From assembly GCA_044234435.1 (NCBI GenBank), contig JBIIIT010000002.1:1-47822 (forward strand): a stretch of DNA of 47,822 nucleotides, written 5' to 3'. The translations under genes were made by a program, and so were the position numbers. Positions 21,482 through 30,281 of this stretch are shown in pieces. Under the pieces are notes generated by a model. It worked only from the letters and a program-made list of their open reading frames with translations. It was not told the origin of the DNA and did no database searches. Each line of letters opens with the position of its first letter. Position 1 is the stretch's first letter. Source of the DNA: Candidatus Saccharimonadia bacterium (GTDB lineage: Bacteria; Patescibacteriota; Saccharimonadia; CAILAD01; BJGX01).

Positions 21482-21877
21482 ATGGAATATGGTTCTTGGT
21501 ACTCAAGACAAAAAAAGCCCTCTTGGGCACCTCCTGAAATTGCCTTTGGCCAAATATGGAGCTTTTTGTATCCAATAATTTTTGCCGTTAATATTTATGT
21601 TTTCTATCTTTTAAGCAAGGGGCAAATATCCTGGCGAGTAGCATTGCCATTTTGGCTTAATTTATTTTTCAATTTTGCATTTTCACCACTACAGTTTGGT
21701 CTTAGATCTCAAATATTATCTTCAATAGATATAGTGTTGGTACTTGTAACGACAGTATGGTGCATTATAGCTATCTGGCCCTATAGTAAGCTTGCATCCA
21801 TAGCCTTCACGCCTTATTTGATTTGGGTATCTATAGCAACCGTTTTGCAGATTTCTATTACAGTTCTCAATAGATAG
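21482..21877 (+). CDS. tspO: TspO/MBR family (tryptophan-rich sensory) protein
   Basis: KPSWAPPEIAFGQIWSFLYP start and five Trp-rich TM helices typical of TspO. Confidence 0.8.
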   Translation: MEYGSWYSRQKKPSWAPPEIAFGQIWSFLYPIIFAVNIYVFYLLSKGQISWRVALPFWLNLFFNFAFSPLQFGLRSQILSSIDIVLVLVTTVWCIIAIWPYSKLASIAFTPYLIWVSIATVLQISITVLNR

Positions 21878-21923
21878 TTTAAAGGGCTTATGCTAAAATT
21901 AATTTATAAATAAATGGAGATTT

Positions 21924-22697
21924 ATGAAGGCTAAAACAATTCAAGGCAAAAAATTACAAAAGTTTAATTTAATTATGGGTTTAATCCATCTGGCACAGGC
22001 CGGGATACTTTTTGCTATTCTCAATTATTCATTTAAAATACCTATCTTAACCAGATTTTTTGATACAACTCCGGGCGGTGGATTTACAGTCATCACAGAA
22101 AGGCTTTGGGAAGTTCCGATTGCAGTAATTGCCCCAATATTCCTACTCATTGCCGCCTTTTTCCATCTATTGATTGCCTCGCCATTATATATTCGCCGCT
22201 ACGAGCAAAATATTAAAAATGGCATCAACCCAATTCGTTGGTGGGAGTATTCTATTAGCTCTTCTTTGATGCTTGTAGGGTTAATGATGATGGCTGGGCT
22301 TACCGAACTTCCTAGTGTAGTTTTTGTTTTTGTACTTAACTGGATAATGAATATGATGGGTCTAATGATGGAGCGCTACAACCAGCTAACAGATAAGACC
22401 AAATGGTTTCCGTACAATATTGGAGTAGTTGCTGGGCTTACCCCGTGGGTAATCGGCTTTATATATTTCTGGGTCAACACCAATAATATCTCTGATTCCA
22501 TACCGTCTTGGGCAAAAATTGGCTTTATTATTACTTTTGTCTTTTTCAACACCTTCGCAATCAATATGCTACTTCAATACAAAAAAGTCGGAAAGTGGAA
22601 GAACTACGTTTATGGAGAAAAGGGCTATATCTGGCTGAGTTTAATAGCTAAATCAGTGCTTGCATGGATAATTGTCCTGGGCACATTAAATCAGTAG
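21924..22697 (+). CDS. Heliorhodopsin
   Basis: 257 aa, 7 TM. The blocks LQKFN..G.IHLAQ, FFHLLIAS, NPIRWWEYSISSS and WLSLIAKSVLAW follow heliorhodopsin 48C12 as I recall it. The Schiff-base Lys is present (K243, nt 22650-22652), as are counterion Glu E108 and His22/His81. Confidence 0.9.
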   Translation: MKAKTIQGKKLQKFNLIMGLIHLAQAGILFAILNYSFKIPILTRFFDTTPGGGFTVITERLWEVPIAVIAPIFLLIAAFFHLLIASPLYIRRYEQNIKNGINPIRWWEYSISSSLMLVGLMMMAGLTELPSVVFVFVLNWIMNMMGLMMERYNQLTDKTKWFPYNIGVVAGLTPWVIGFIYFWVNTNNISDSIPSWAKIGFIITFVFFNTFAINMLLQYKKVGKWKNYVYGEKGYIWLSLIAKSVLAWIIVLGTLNQ

Positions 22698-22707
22698 GGC
22701 TTATCAT

Positions 22708-23373
22708 ATGAACACCACAGCAAATTTAGCTCAAGCAATCTTCATAGCAGGCAACATGGTGTGTTTTGCATTTCTAGGTTATTGGTTTATCAAGCTTAAA
22801 AAACCGACCTTCAAGCTTTTTGGTATATCTATGGCGCTTTTGGCAGTCGTCGAGCTGTGTGTGCTTGGTGTAAATATGTTATGGAATTTACCAATTTTGG
22901 ATTTTAAGTCTTTGCAATACTTAGTATACCTCTACGCTATTTTGATGTTATTTGCGACCTCCTCGTCAGCTCTACGTAGCAAAACTAGCTATTATATAAA
23001 TATTTTTCTGGCGTTTGCGGCCATACTTGTGACCGGTCTATTCTTTTTTGAAAGGACCCTAAACAACGCTACAGCTTACACGATAAACTACTATCTATCT
23101 TTTGATAATGCTGCCACGCTTAATATTTTTAGCCTTACTGTGGCTCTATCTCTTGGAATGGCGGCCCTTGTGATTGGTCAAAATATCAAAAATAAAACCT
23201 CAAAGCTTATATTTGAGTCCAGCTTTTTAGTAATAACAATTTCATTGGTTCTTAATCTCATAATATACAATGATACGGCTCGTCTCATAGCAAGTATTGT
23301 GCAGTTATTGGCCCTACTGGGCATTTGTTTGTATATCTACAAAAACCCCAAAGTATTTAAATCATCCAGCTAG
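22708..23373 (+). CDS. Unknown 7-TM membrane protein
   Basis: 221 aa with seven hydrophobic helices. Starts 10 nt after the heliorhodopsin stop. No Lys in the last helix, so not a rhodopsin. Confidence 0.55.
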   Translation: MNTTANLAQAIFIAGNMVCFAFLGYWFIKLKKPTFKLFGISMALLAVVELCVLGVNMLWNLPILDFKSLQYLVYLYAILMLFATSSSALRSKTSYYINIFLAFAAILVTGLFFFERTLNNATAYTINYYLSFDNAATLNIFSLTVALSLGMAALVIGQNIKNKTSKLIFESSFLVITISLVLNLIIYNDTARLIASIVQLLALLGICLYIYKNPKVFKSSS

Positions 23374-23437
23374 CAAATATTGACATAGTTAAGCTTTAAA
23401 AGTACTATATAGCGGCCCTACAAGCCAAGGAGGACTG

Positions 23438-24028
23438 TTGAGAGCAGCAAAACTCAAGCTTGTAACGTACCAAAAAGAGGAGCAAATCCTAGCTGAAAAA
23501 TATTTGCTAGAAACCTGCAACACTCTTACCGATACATACAATACAAAGTTTACAATTCAAGACCTTTTAAACATCGCAAGCTCTACCAATGAAATTGCTG
23601 CTAGAAGAGTATTCAATTCGGTACTTATTAAGCACGATGTGTATGTAGACAGCAACGAGATGAATAGCCAGATTGCAGACATTGTTTCTGCTTATAATAA
23701 TTACGCCACGTTGATCGGATTTGGCAACTGCGTGGGTGACGAAATCGCCCAAATTGCTCATTCCAAGGTCGCAAAAGTTAGCGACGTTTGGCCCAAGGAT
23801 GTCCAGGGTCAATATCAGTCAACTTCTGATGTATATATGACATCCAATACGGATTTCAGGCAGAATGTCAGAGACAGGGCAAGCAGAAAACTCAATTATC
23901 TTACTAACTTGGGTGTTATGCTTACCCTTACTCCACAAGAAATTGAACTTTCTAATGTGACAGTAACTTCTGTAGAAGTCCTTTGTTCGGTAATCGATCA
24001 GTTCAATCCTAGCCTGATTATTAACTGA
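23438..24028 (+). CDS. Hypothetical protein (196 aa, TTG start)
   Basis: AGGAGG lies 4 nt upstream of the TTG at 23438. Followed by a terminator at 24046-24069. Confidence 0.5.
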   Translation: MRAAKLKLVTYQKEEQILAEKYLLETCNTLTDTYNTKFTIQDLLNIASSTNEIAARRVFNSVLIKHDVYVDSNEMNSQIADIVSAYNNYATLIGFGNCVGDEIAQIAHSKVAKVSDVWPKDVQGQYQSTSDVYMTSNTDFRQNVRDRASRKLNYLTNLGVMLTLTPQEIELSNVTVTSVEVLCSVIDQFNPSLIIN

Positions 24029-24045
24029 TGCTAATGACTCAATCG

Positions 24046-24069
24046 CCCCGCCACACTGGTGGGGTTTTT
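24046..24069 (+). terminator. Intrinsic terminator
   Basis: CCCCGCCA-cac-TGGTGGGG (one G.U pair) followed by TTTTT. Confidence 0.55.
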
Positions 24070-24105
24070 ACTACCATAAATAATACATTTGAGTTATGCT
24101 TATTT

Positions 24106-24756
24106 ATGATGAAAAATTTACCAGGCAGCTATGATAGAGAAATTAATAAAGGCCACAGGCACCTATGGATACTTGCTGTTGTTTTTGCGATTGCCGTAGC
24201 TTCTGCAATTGCATTGTATTTTATTATCAGGTCCGACAATAAAACCGGCCCGACAGGTCAAAAGCTAAATAACAGTATTAGTTCTTATGAAAACAAATAT
24301 GTGGGCAGGAGTATCAAAATAGACACCACCAACATTAAGGCCCCCTGGGTGTTGCAAAATGGCAGTGAATCTAGCTTCATACTCAACAACTCAACTTGCA
24401 AGGCAAGTATTAGCAGCTCAAATGATGTCCCTGCACTCCTAAATGCAGGCCAAACCCTTAATAGTGCGGTGAATAATAAGCTTGAAGAACTTAAAAACAG
24501 CTCAAAAGATCAATCTCTAATAATAGGCGAGACCACAAGCACAAAAATTGATTCAAACAAAGGTAACATTGAGTTTATGATTAAAGACTCTGAGTATAAA
24601 GCAAAGGATGACATCACACATCAAGCCAATGTATATGGCCAATGGCTAGGAGAGTATCAACTTTTTGTAGTCGTAGATTGCAATAAAACAGATTATCTTG
24701 AGTCAAAACAAGAAATAGGTGATTTTATAAATAATCTCTCGTTAAGAATTAATTAA
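24106..24756 (+). CDS. Membrane-anchored hypothetical protein
   Basis: I chose the ATG at 24106 (MMKNLPG...) because the track start at 24028 would read through the terminator. One N-terminal TM (LWILAVVFAIAVASAIALYFII) and an extracytoplasmic Ser/Asn-rich domain. Confidence 0.5.
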   Translation: MMKNLPGSYDREINKGHRHLWILAVVFAIAVASAIALYFIIRSDNKTGPTGQKLNNSISSYENKYVGRSIKIDTTNIKAPWVLQNGSESSFILNNSTCKASISSSNDVPALLNAGQTLNSAVNNKLEELKNSSKDQSLIIGETTSTKIDSNKGNIEFMIKDSEYKAKDDITHQANVYGQWLGEYQLFVVVDCNKTDYLESKQEIGDFINNLSLRIN

Positions 24757-25159
24757 GATTACCAAGCAAATAAGTATTTAGAATTGAATCAGCTTTTGAT
24801 GAGTGCCTGCCTTCTCCGCCTTTATTATTATAAGCGGATGTGGCATCTTCTCCGCAGTAGTTAAGTATGAGATCGGCCCCGCCGGGGTGTTCATCTAGAT
24901 AGCTTGTTACATCATACACATTTCCTCGGATTGCTACCCAACAATCATTGGACTTGTTATGCTTGGAAAGTTCTGACAGATTGATGCTTTTAGCTTCTTG
25001 CTGTATAGCTTCCTCGGTGTTTTCATTTGTGGTGGGCACATCTTGCACTTTATTTTCAACATCAGATTCTTTTTTCTGAGCATCTATGAAGCCCCATACT
25101 AACATTCCAGACATCAGTACTGCTACAATTACGAATACTATTGCTACGGCTTTCTTCAT
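24749..25159 (-). CDS. Membrane-anchored cytochrome b5-like heme-binding domain protein
   Basis: N-terminal TM, then the cytochrome b5-type block CWVAIRGNVYDVTSYLDEHPGG. The start overlaps the upstream stop (ATGA). Confidence 0.8.
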   Translation of the reverse strand: MKKAVAIVFVIVAVLMSGMLVWGFIDAQKKESDVENKVQDVPTTNENTEEAIQQEAKSINLSELSKHNKSNDCWVAIRGNVYDVTSYLDEHPGGADLILNYCGEDATSAYNNKGGEGRHSSKADSILNTYLLGNLN

Positions 25160-26469
25160 GACAAATTAAACTCCTCAGTGTTAATATTTTTGCTCTTTAC
25201 ACCCTTCAGCCTGAGCTGGTACTTAAGAGACTTCATCATTGGTGCAGGACCACAGATCATGAAGTTTGCGCCATCTAAATCCTTACTTTTATCAAATATA
25301 ACATCTACGGTTAGCAGACCATCTTTATCTTCATAAAAAGGAATCAGATTAAGGTTTGTTTTTTGCTTGGCAATAGATTGTAGCTGTTCTAAATAGAAGG
25401 CATCTTGTTTTGTTTTAACTGCATAATATAAATCTATTTTCTGCGATTCGTCGGCCGATTTAGCCATAGACATAAAGGGCGTCACGCCAATTCCACCAGC
25501 TATCCAGATTTGTCTGGGGTTTTTTACTACTTTGTTTGAGAAGGTACCATATGGGCCATCAATTTTAAAAATTGAGCCAGCCTTCACCTCTTCTAGTGCA
25601 CTGGTAAAGTCGCCTAGAGCCTTAATACCAAACCTTAACTTACTTTCGGTGGGCGATGAGCTCATTGAAAAGGGGTGTGATTCTCCCAATAGACCCTTGG
25701 TGTCTTGCTTGATAAAGGCGTACTGTCCAGGAACAAAATTCATCTTCTCATCAATGGGACTTAGTACTATCTCGTAAATACTGCCAGATTTGCTAATTTC
25801 ATCAAGCTTATAGTTATAAAACTTAGCAAAATTGCCATGAAATATTGACCGATATACATAAACAACCAGCGCCATACCAATAAGCAAGGCAAAGTAAATT
25901 TGTAAGCTAATAATTCCGTTTCCGGATAGGCCCAAATCACTTCCACCAACAAAAACAGCATGAATTGCACCTACAAAAAGCAAAAGCCCCAATACTCTCT
26001 GGGCAAGGATAAATTTCTTATATTCAACTTTTAAATAGAGTGTCACAAATATCGCAACAACCATTCCAAACAACGCAATGCTTCCCAGTGCTCTGAAAGG
26101 CGAGAGGATATTTGGCTTCAAAAACTCAAATGCTGAATTGGGCGATATTAAAAAGTAACGAATTGTCAGAAACAGCGGATGCAGCAGAAGTAGAATAAAC
26201 GCCAGTGAACCAATATTGTGGTGAGCCCTGTAGGTGTTATCAAGCCCGTGAAACATTCGATTGTATATTTTGAACCTGGCACTGAGTATTACCGCCCAGG
26301 CAAAAAGCGCCATTCCGGCAAGGCCTGCTAGCTTACCCAGACTCTGAAATATATTTTGGGCGCCATCCCAATCTAGCGGCATCGCTATTAGCCACAAAAG
26401 CACTGGGGTTATAGCAATAAGTATAGTTAAAGCACCCCCAAAGTTGAAATATTTTCTGCGACTGTTCAT
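25156..26469 (-). CDS. Ferric reductase-like transmembrane domain fused to FAD/NAD(P)-binding domain (NOX/FRE-like oxidoreductase)
   Basis: Six-TM N-terminus with spaced His pairs (HHNIG...LLLHP; IHAV). HPFSMSS FAD motif and GGIGVTP NAD(P) motif. Confidence 0.8.
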   Translation of the reverse strand: MNSRRKYFNFGGALTILIAITPVLLWLIAMPLDWDGAQNIFQSLGKLAGLAGMALFAWAVILSARFKIYNRMFHGLDNTYRAHHNIGSLAFILLLLHPLFLTIRYFLISPNSAFEFLKPNILSPFRALGSIALFGMVVAIFVTLYLKVEYKKFILAQRVLGLLLFVGAIHAVFVGGSDLGLSGNGIISLQIYFALLIGMALVVYVYRSIFHGNFAKFYNYKLDEISKSGSIYEIVLSPIDEKMNFVPGQYAFIKQDTKGLLGESHPFSMSSSPTESKLRFGIKALGDFTSALEEVKAGSIFKIDGPYGTFSNKVVKNPRQIWIAGGIGVTPFMSMAKSADESQKIDLYYAVKTKQDAFYLEQLQSIAKQKTNLNLIPFYEDKDGLLTVDVIFDKSKDLDGANFMICGPAPMMKSLKYQLRLKGVKSKNINTEEFNLS

Positions 26470-26520
26470 AAAATTTATTATATCAAATAAAAAACACCAA
26501 AGTCATAACCTTGATGTTAT

Positions 26521-26868
26521 TTATAGCTGCTCCCATGGCCACATGAAGTTGGGGCTTAAGATTTCTTCTTTGCACTTTTCGATTTCTGAATCCTTAACAA
26601 TATAAAGCTCTACTGTGGTTGGAAAAAGCAATTTATTGTTTAGCAAAAATCGATCGTAGCATTCTTTGTAGTCTGCTTTGGAATTAACCTCCTGGGTGAG
26701 CGGCACAAAGGAATGTATATCCATTTCAAAAACCATGTCAGCAATCAGGGAATAACCTTTAGGTATTTTTGGCTTCTTTTTGGGTGGGTCGCCCAAATAA
26801 ATACCCAAGGTTCTCACGAAGCTCTGTTCAAAAAAGGTTCTTCCATCGATTATCGTTTTGGTGTACAC
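26521..26868 (-). CDS. Hypothetical protein (115 aa, GTG start)
   Basis: AAGGAGAGTC SD before the GTG. Shares an LG-Y---PP---PKI----SLIA motif with the ORF at 37303-37569. Confidence 0.5.
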   Translation of the reverse strand: MYTKTIIDGRTFFEQSFVRTLGIYLGDPPKKKPKIPKGYSLIADMVFEMDIHSFVPLTQEVNSKADYKECYDRFLLNNKLLFPTTVELYIVKDSEIEKCKEEILSPNFMWPWEQL

Positions 26869-26961
26869 GACTCTCCTTAGGGATGAGGCTTGATATTATG
26901 CTATTAAATTGCCTATAAGTCAATTAATTTATTTTGCTATAATATTAAAAAAGGAGGACAA

Positions 26962-27111
26962 ATGAACGATAACCTAAAATATTTAAGAAACAAGAACAAA
27001 CAAGAGGGCGACGCGCAAGAAGCAGAAGCAAATGTCCAAAAGATGGAAGCCGATAACGCAAAGGAATCTGAGATTGCCGAAACTCAAAAGCCAGAAGAAG
27101 ATAACGCCTAG
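26962..27111 (+). CDS. Small acidic protein (49 aa), not in ORF track
   Basis: TATAAT, then AGGAGG, a 5-nt spacer (acaa-a) and ATG at 26962. Open to TAG at 27109-27111. Lys/Glu-rich hydrophilic product. Confidence 0.5.
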   Translation: MNDNLKYLRNKNKQEGDAQEAEANVQKMEADNAKESEIAETQKPEEDNA

Positions 27112-27152
27112 CAGTAATTGAAGATTAGCCCAAAAAGGCGTATCCTAGCGGT

Positions 27153-27791
27153 GTGACCGCACCTACGCAACTTCCGACCGTACGCTTTAGCACCTCTTGG
27201 GAGCTTTACGAAAAAGTCATTCGAAATATTTATAGGTATCCAGACGACTCTGTAAATACCGATAAGGAAGATTTTAACGCCAGAAGAATGATCTCGGACT
27301 GGAACGGTTACGAGGACGCAGTTCTTTCAGGCGTATGTTCTATCACTGGGCTTGAATACCGCAAAAATATCATTGATATCTGCATTGCACCAAAGATTCT
27401 TAGCGTCTCTAAACCCATCATTATTGGGGTAGATGGTTACGATAAACGCTTTGTCGATGAAGTTATGTATCAATTGGTTGTTCAGCTTTTGATAGATAAT
27501 GCCAGTATTCCTTTGGTATATGATGTAGTTGAGGACTGGATAGAGATATTTAATGATACGCTTTTTGAAGATGAGGCATATTTTGTTCCTGCCTTCGCTT
27601 TGCAAAAAGCAATCTGTTTGGATGTGCTCGACGAGCCTGACAGACTACAAAGGATTGTTGAGCGCTGTGATGGGCTTTTCAGGGGTGATGAAAAGGTCGC
27701 CTGGGAGTTTGTTAACACCCACGACTATAAAGAAATAATTAATACTCTTCGAAGGCTTTATAGTGCCATTGAACAAGAGTATGATTTCTAG
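27153..27791 (+). CDS. Hypothetical protein (212 aa, GTG start uncertain)
   Basis: Long ORF with coding-like composition. No SD, no recognisable domain. Confidence 0.5.
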   Translation: MTAPTQLPTVRFSTSWELYEKVIRNIYRYPDDSVNTDKEDFNARRMISDWNGYEDAVLSGVCSITGLEYRKNIIDICIAPKILSVSKPIIIGVDGYDKRFVDEVMYQLVVQLLIDNASIPLVYDVVEDWIEIFNDTLFEDEAYFVPAFALQKAICLDVLDEPDRLQRIVERCDGLFRGDEKVAWEFVNTHDYKEIINTLRRLYSAIEQEYDF

Positions 27792-27835
27792 CCGGCAAAT
27801 GCTGGCTATTTTTATTGTGCTATACTTTATATAGT

Positions 27836-28684
27836 ATGAAAGCACGAAAAATAGCTAGGATAATCAAGGGTAGAGAAGGTTCGGACGGCGCTGGCGTAAA
27901 GCTGATAAGGCTTTTTTCGCATGCAGAGGCCAAAGACTTGGATCCTTTTTTAATGATGGATGCATTCGATAGTGTTGACCCTGAGGACTACAAGAAGGGT
28001 TTTCCGTGGCATCCGCACCGAGGCATAGAGACCATAACATACTTAATAGAAGGCAATATTGAGCACCAAGATAGCCTTGGCAATACTGGCGTATTAAATA
28101 GTGGCGATGGCCAGTGGATGACTGCTGGTTCTGGCATAATTCACAACGAAATGCCAAAGGCTTCATGGCGTATGCGTGGATTCCAGCTGTGGTTGAACCT
28201 TCCTAAGAAAGATAAAATGACCCAGCCTTCATACGGCGATATAAAATCTCATGAAATACCAGAGATTCCAGTCGGTAAAAACAAGGTTCGAATAGTGGCC
28301 GGATTATTTGACGGCATAAAGGGGGCTTTTACGGGTAAATATGTAGAGCTACAATTTTTAGATATTGATCTAATAAAAAATGACGAGATTGTAATAAAAA
28401 CAGAACCAAACAACACAGTTTTTGCTTACGTGCTAGAGGGAGATGTAAAATTTTCCAAATCAAAACATGCTATAGCACAAAAGAATGTTGTGCTTTTTGA
28501 TTCTGGAAATACCCTTACTGCCGAGGCCACATCGGATCACGCACGAATACTCATTTTTAATGCACCTCCGCTCAATGAGCCCGTTGCTTGGGCGGGTCCG
28601 ATCGTAATGAATACTGAGGATGAGCTAAGACTGGCTTTTGCTCAGCTGCAAAGAGGTACTTTTGTTCAGCCCAACTCACAATAA
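27836..28684 (+). CDS. Pirin family protein
   Basis: GFPWHPHRGIETITYLIEG..H.D metal-binding cupin motif and the two-domain pirin length. The ATG at 27836 is preferred over the track start at 27815. Confidence 0.9.
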   Translation: MKARKIARIIKGREGSDGAGVKLIRLFSHAEAKDLDPFLMMDAFDSVDPEDYKKGFPWHPHRGIETITYLIEGNIEHQDSLGNTGVLNSGDGQWMTAGSGIIHNEMPKASWRMRGFQLWLNLPKKDKMTQPSYGDIKSHEIPEIPVGKNKVRIVAGLFDGIKGAFTGKYVELQFLDIDLIKNDEIVIKTEPNNTVFAYVLEGDVKFSKSKHAIAQKNVVLFDSGNTLTAEATSDHARILIFNAPPLNEPVAWAGPIVMNTEDELRLAFAQLQRGTFVQPNSQ

Positions 28685-28716
28685 ATTTCAAAAGGGTATA
28701 TAATTAATTTAATACT

Positions 28717-29280
28717 ATGAAAAGTGAAGTAGAAATACTGCGCTCTGAGATTGCTAGGCTTAAAAAGCTTGTCTATAAAGACCATCTCACAAAACTTTTA
28801 AACCGACGCGGGTTCGAAGATTCTATTAATGTGTATATCGACGAAATAAAAAATAGCAAGTCCCAAAACCCCAGAAGGGGTTTTATAGTTAATAGCCTGA
28901 GTTTGGCAATAATTGATATTGATAACTTTAAAAATCTCAACGACAAACACGGCCATCCTGTGGGAGATGAGGTACTAAAGCATTTATCAAAGATGTCCAT
29001 AAAAAATACCCGCCGATCAGACGTCGTTGGTAGGTGGGGTGGAGAAGAAATAGTTATCGCACTTGTGGGCTCAGAGCTAGAACCTGCAGTTGAACTTATA
29101 GAAAATTTACAAAAGCAAATTAAAGATTCAAATTTCAAGCCCAATTATACATTCAGTGCTGGTGTGGCATCTATAGATAAAAAAATAAATTCATTCAAAA
29201 AGCTTTATGATTGCGCCGACAGAGCACTTTATGAAGCAAAAAGGTCTGGTAAAAATAAGGTTTTGCCCTGTAAAATATAA
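28717..29280 (+). CDS. Minimal diguanylate cyclase (coiled-coil + GGDEF domain)
   Basis: DHLTKLLNRRGF start of the GGDEF domain. Active site GGEEI preceded by an RRSD (RxxD I-site) five residues upstream. Confidence 0.85.
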   Translation: MKSEVEILRSEIARLKKLVYKDHLTKLLNRRGFEDSINVYIDEIKNSKSQNPRRGFIVNSLSLAIIDIDNFKNLNDKHGHPVGDEVLKHLSKMSIKNTRRSDVVGRWGGEEIVIALVGSELEPAVELIENLQKQIKDSNFKPNYTFSAGVASIDKKINSFKKLYDCADRALYEAKRSGKNKVLPCKI

Positions 29281-29298
29281 GCATAAGTAGGAGGAAGT

Positions 29299-30273
29299 AT
29301 GTGTACTGTAGCAACCTGGAAAGACAATGGGGTGGCAATCGTTACTGCCCGAAATATGGATTGGCACGAATCGATGCACGCCAAACTTTGGTATTTGCCT
29401 GCCGGCGAGGATAGAATGGGCCTTGAAGGCGAACCCAACTCGCTTAACTGGACAAGCAAATATTCTAGTCTCGTCGTTGCGTGCTATGATGCTGCTCCAG
29501 CTGACGGAATGAATGAAAAGGGGCTTAGCATGCACATGCTCTGGCTAGCAGAGAGCACATATCCAGCCAATGATCATTCTACAAACTCTATGAGTATTTC
29601 ATACTGGGGACAATTCTATCTGGACAGCTTTGCAACCGTAAAAGAAGCAGTTGATTACACCAAGGCAAATCCATTCAATGTATTAAGTGCCAACATTCCA
29701 GGCACCGACCAAAAAGTAACTACTCATCTTGAAATAAATGATGCCAGTGGAGATAGCGCAGTATTTGAATATGTAGACGGCAAAATAAACATTCACCATA
29801 GCTCAGAATATTGCGTTATGACCAACTCACCAACCTTCGATAAGCAACTAGAAAACATCAAGCAGTACGACGGGTTTGGTGGCACTAAGCTATTGCCTGG
29901 TAGTACAGAAGCAGACGACAGATTCGTCCGAACCGAGTACTATCTTAAGCGTCTGCAAAAACCAAAAGATTTACGAGGAGCATTGGCTGGAGTTATTTCC
30001 GTTCTCCGCTCAGCAGCCCAGCCCTATAGTACGCCAGATCCAAAGCGGCCGAATATCTCACCAACCCTGTGGCGCACAGCCATGGACCACAACAATTTGG
30101 CCTACTATTTTGAATTGAGCGATAGTCCGTTTTTGGTTTGGACTAGCTTTCAGAACTTATCTCAATTCAACACTCCAATGATGTGTGATGTCGAAAACGA
30201 AAAAGATCTGCATGGAGATATATCAGAAAAATTTAAAGCGAGCGAATTATTTAAATTCGCACCAGCAGTATAG
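29299..30273 (+). CDS. Choloylglycine hydrolase / linear amide C-N hydrolase family (Ntn hydrolase)
   Basis: The N-terminus MCT gives a Cys2 nucleophile, followed by ARNMDW. AGGAGG SD. Confidence 0.85.
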   Translation: MCTVATWKDNGVAIVTARNMDWHESMHAKLWYLPAGEDRMGLEGEPNSLNWTSKYSSLVVACYDAAPADGMNEKGLSMHMLWLAESTYPANDHSTNSMSISYWGQFYLDSFATVKEAVDYTKANPFNVLSANIPGTDQKVTTHLEINDASGDSAVFEYVDGKINIHHSSEYCVMTNSPTFDKQLENIKQYDGFGGTKLLPGSTEADDRFVRTEYYLKRLQKPKDLRGALAGVISVLRSAAQPYSTPDPKRPNISPTLWRTAMDHNNLAYYFELSDSPFLVWTSFQNLSQFNTPMMCDVENEKDLHGDISEKFKASELFKFAPAV

Positions 30274-30281
30274 GAATAATC

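Noticed and set aside
22708-23373. Second rhodopsin next to the heliorhodopsin
   Set aside because: The protein has seven TM helices but no lysine in the last helix and none of the rhodopsin or heliorhodopsin signature blocks.
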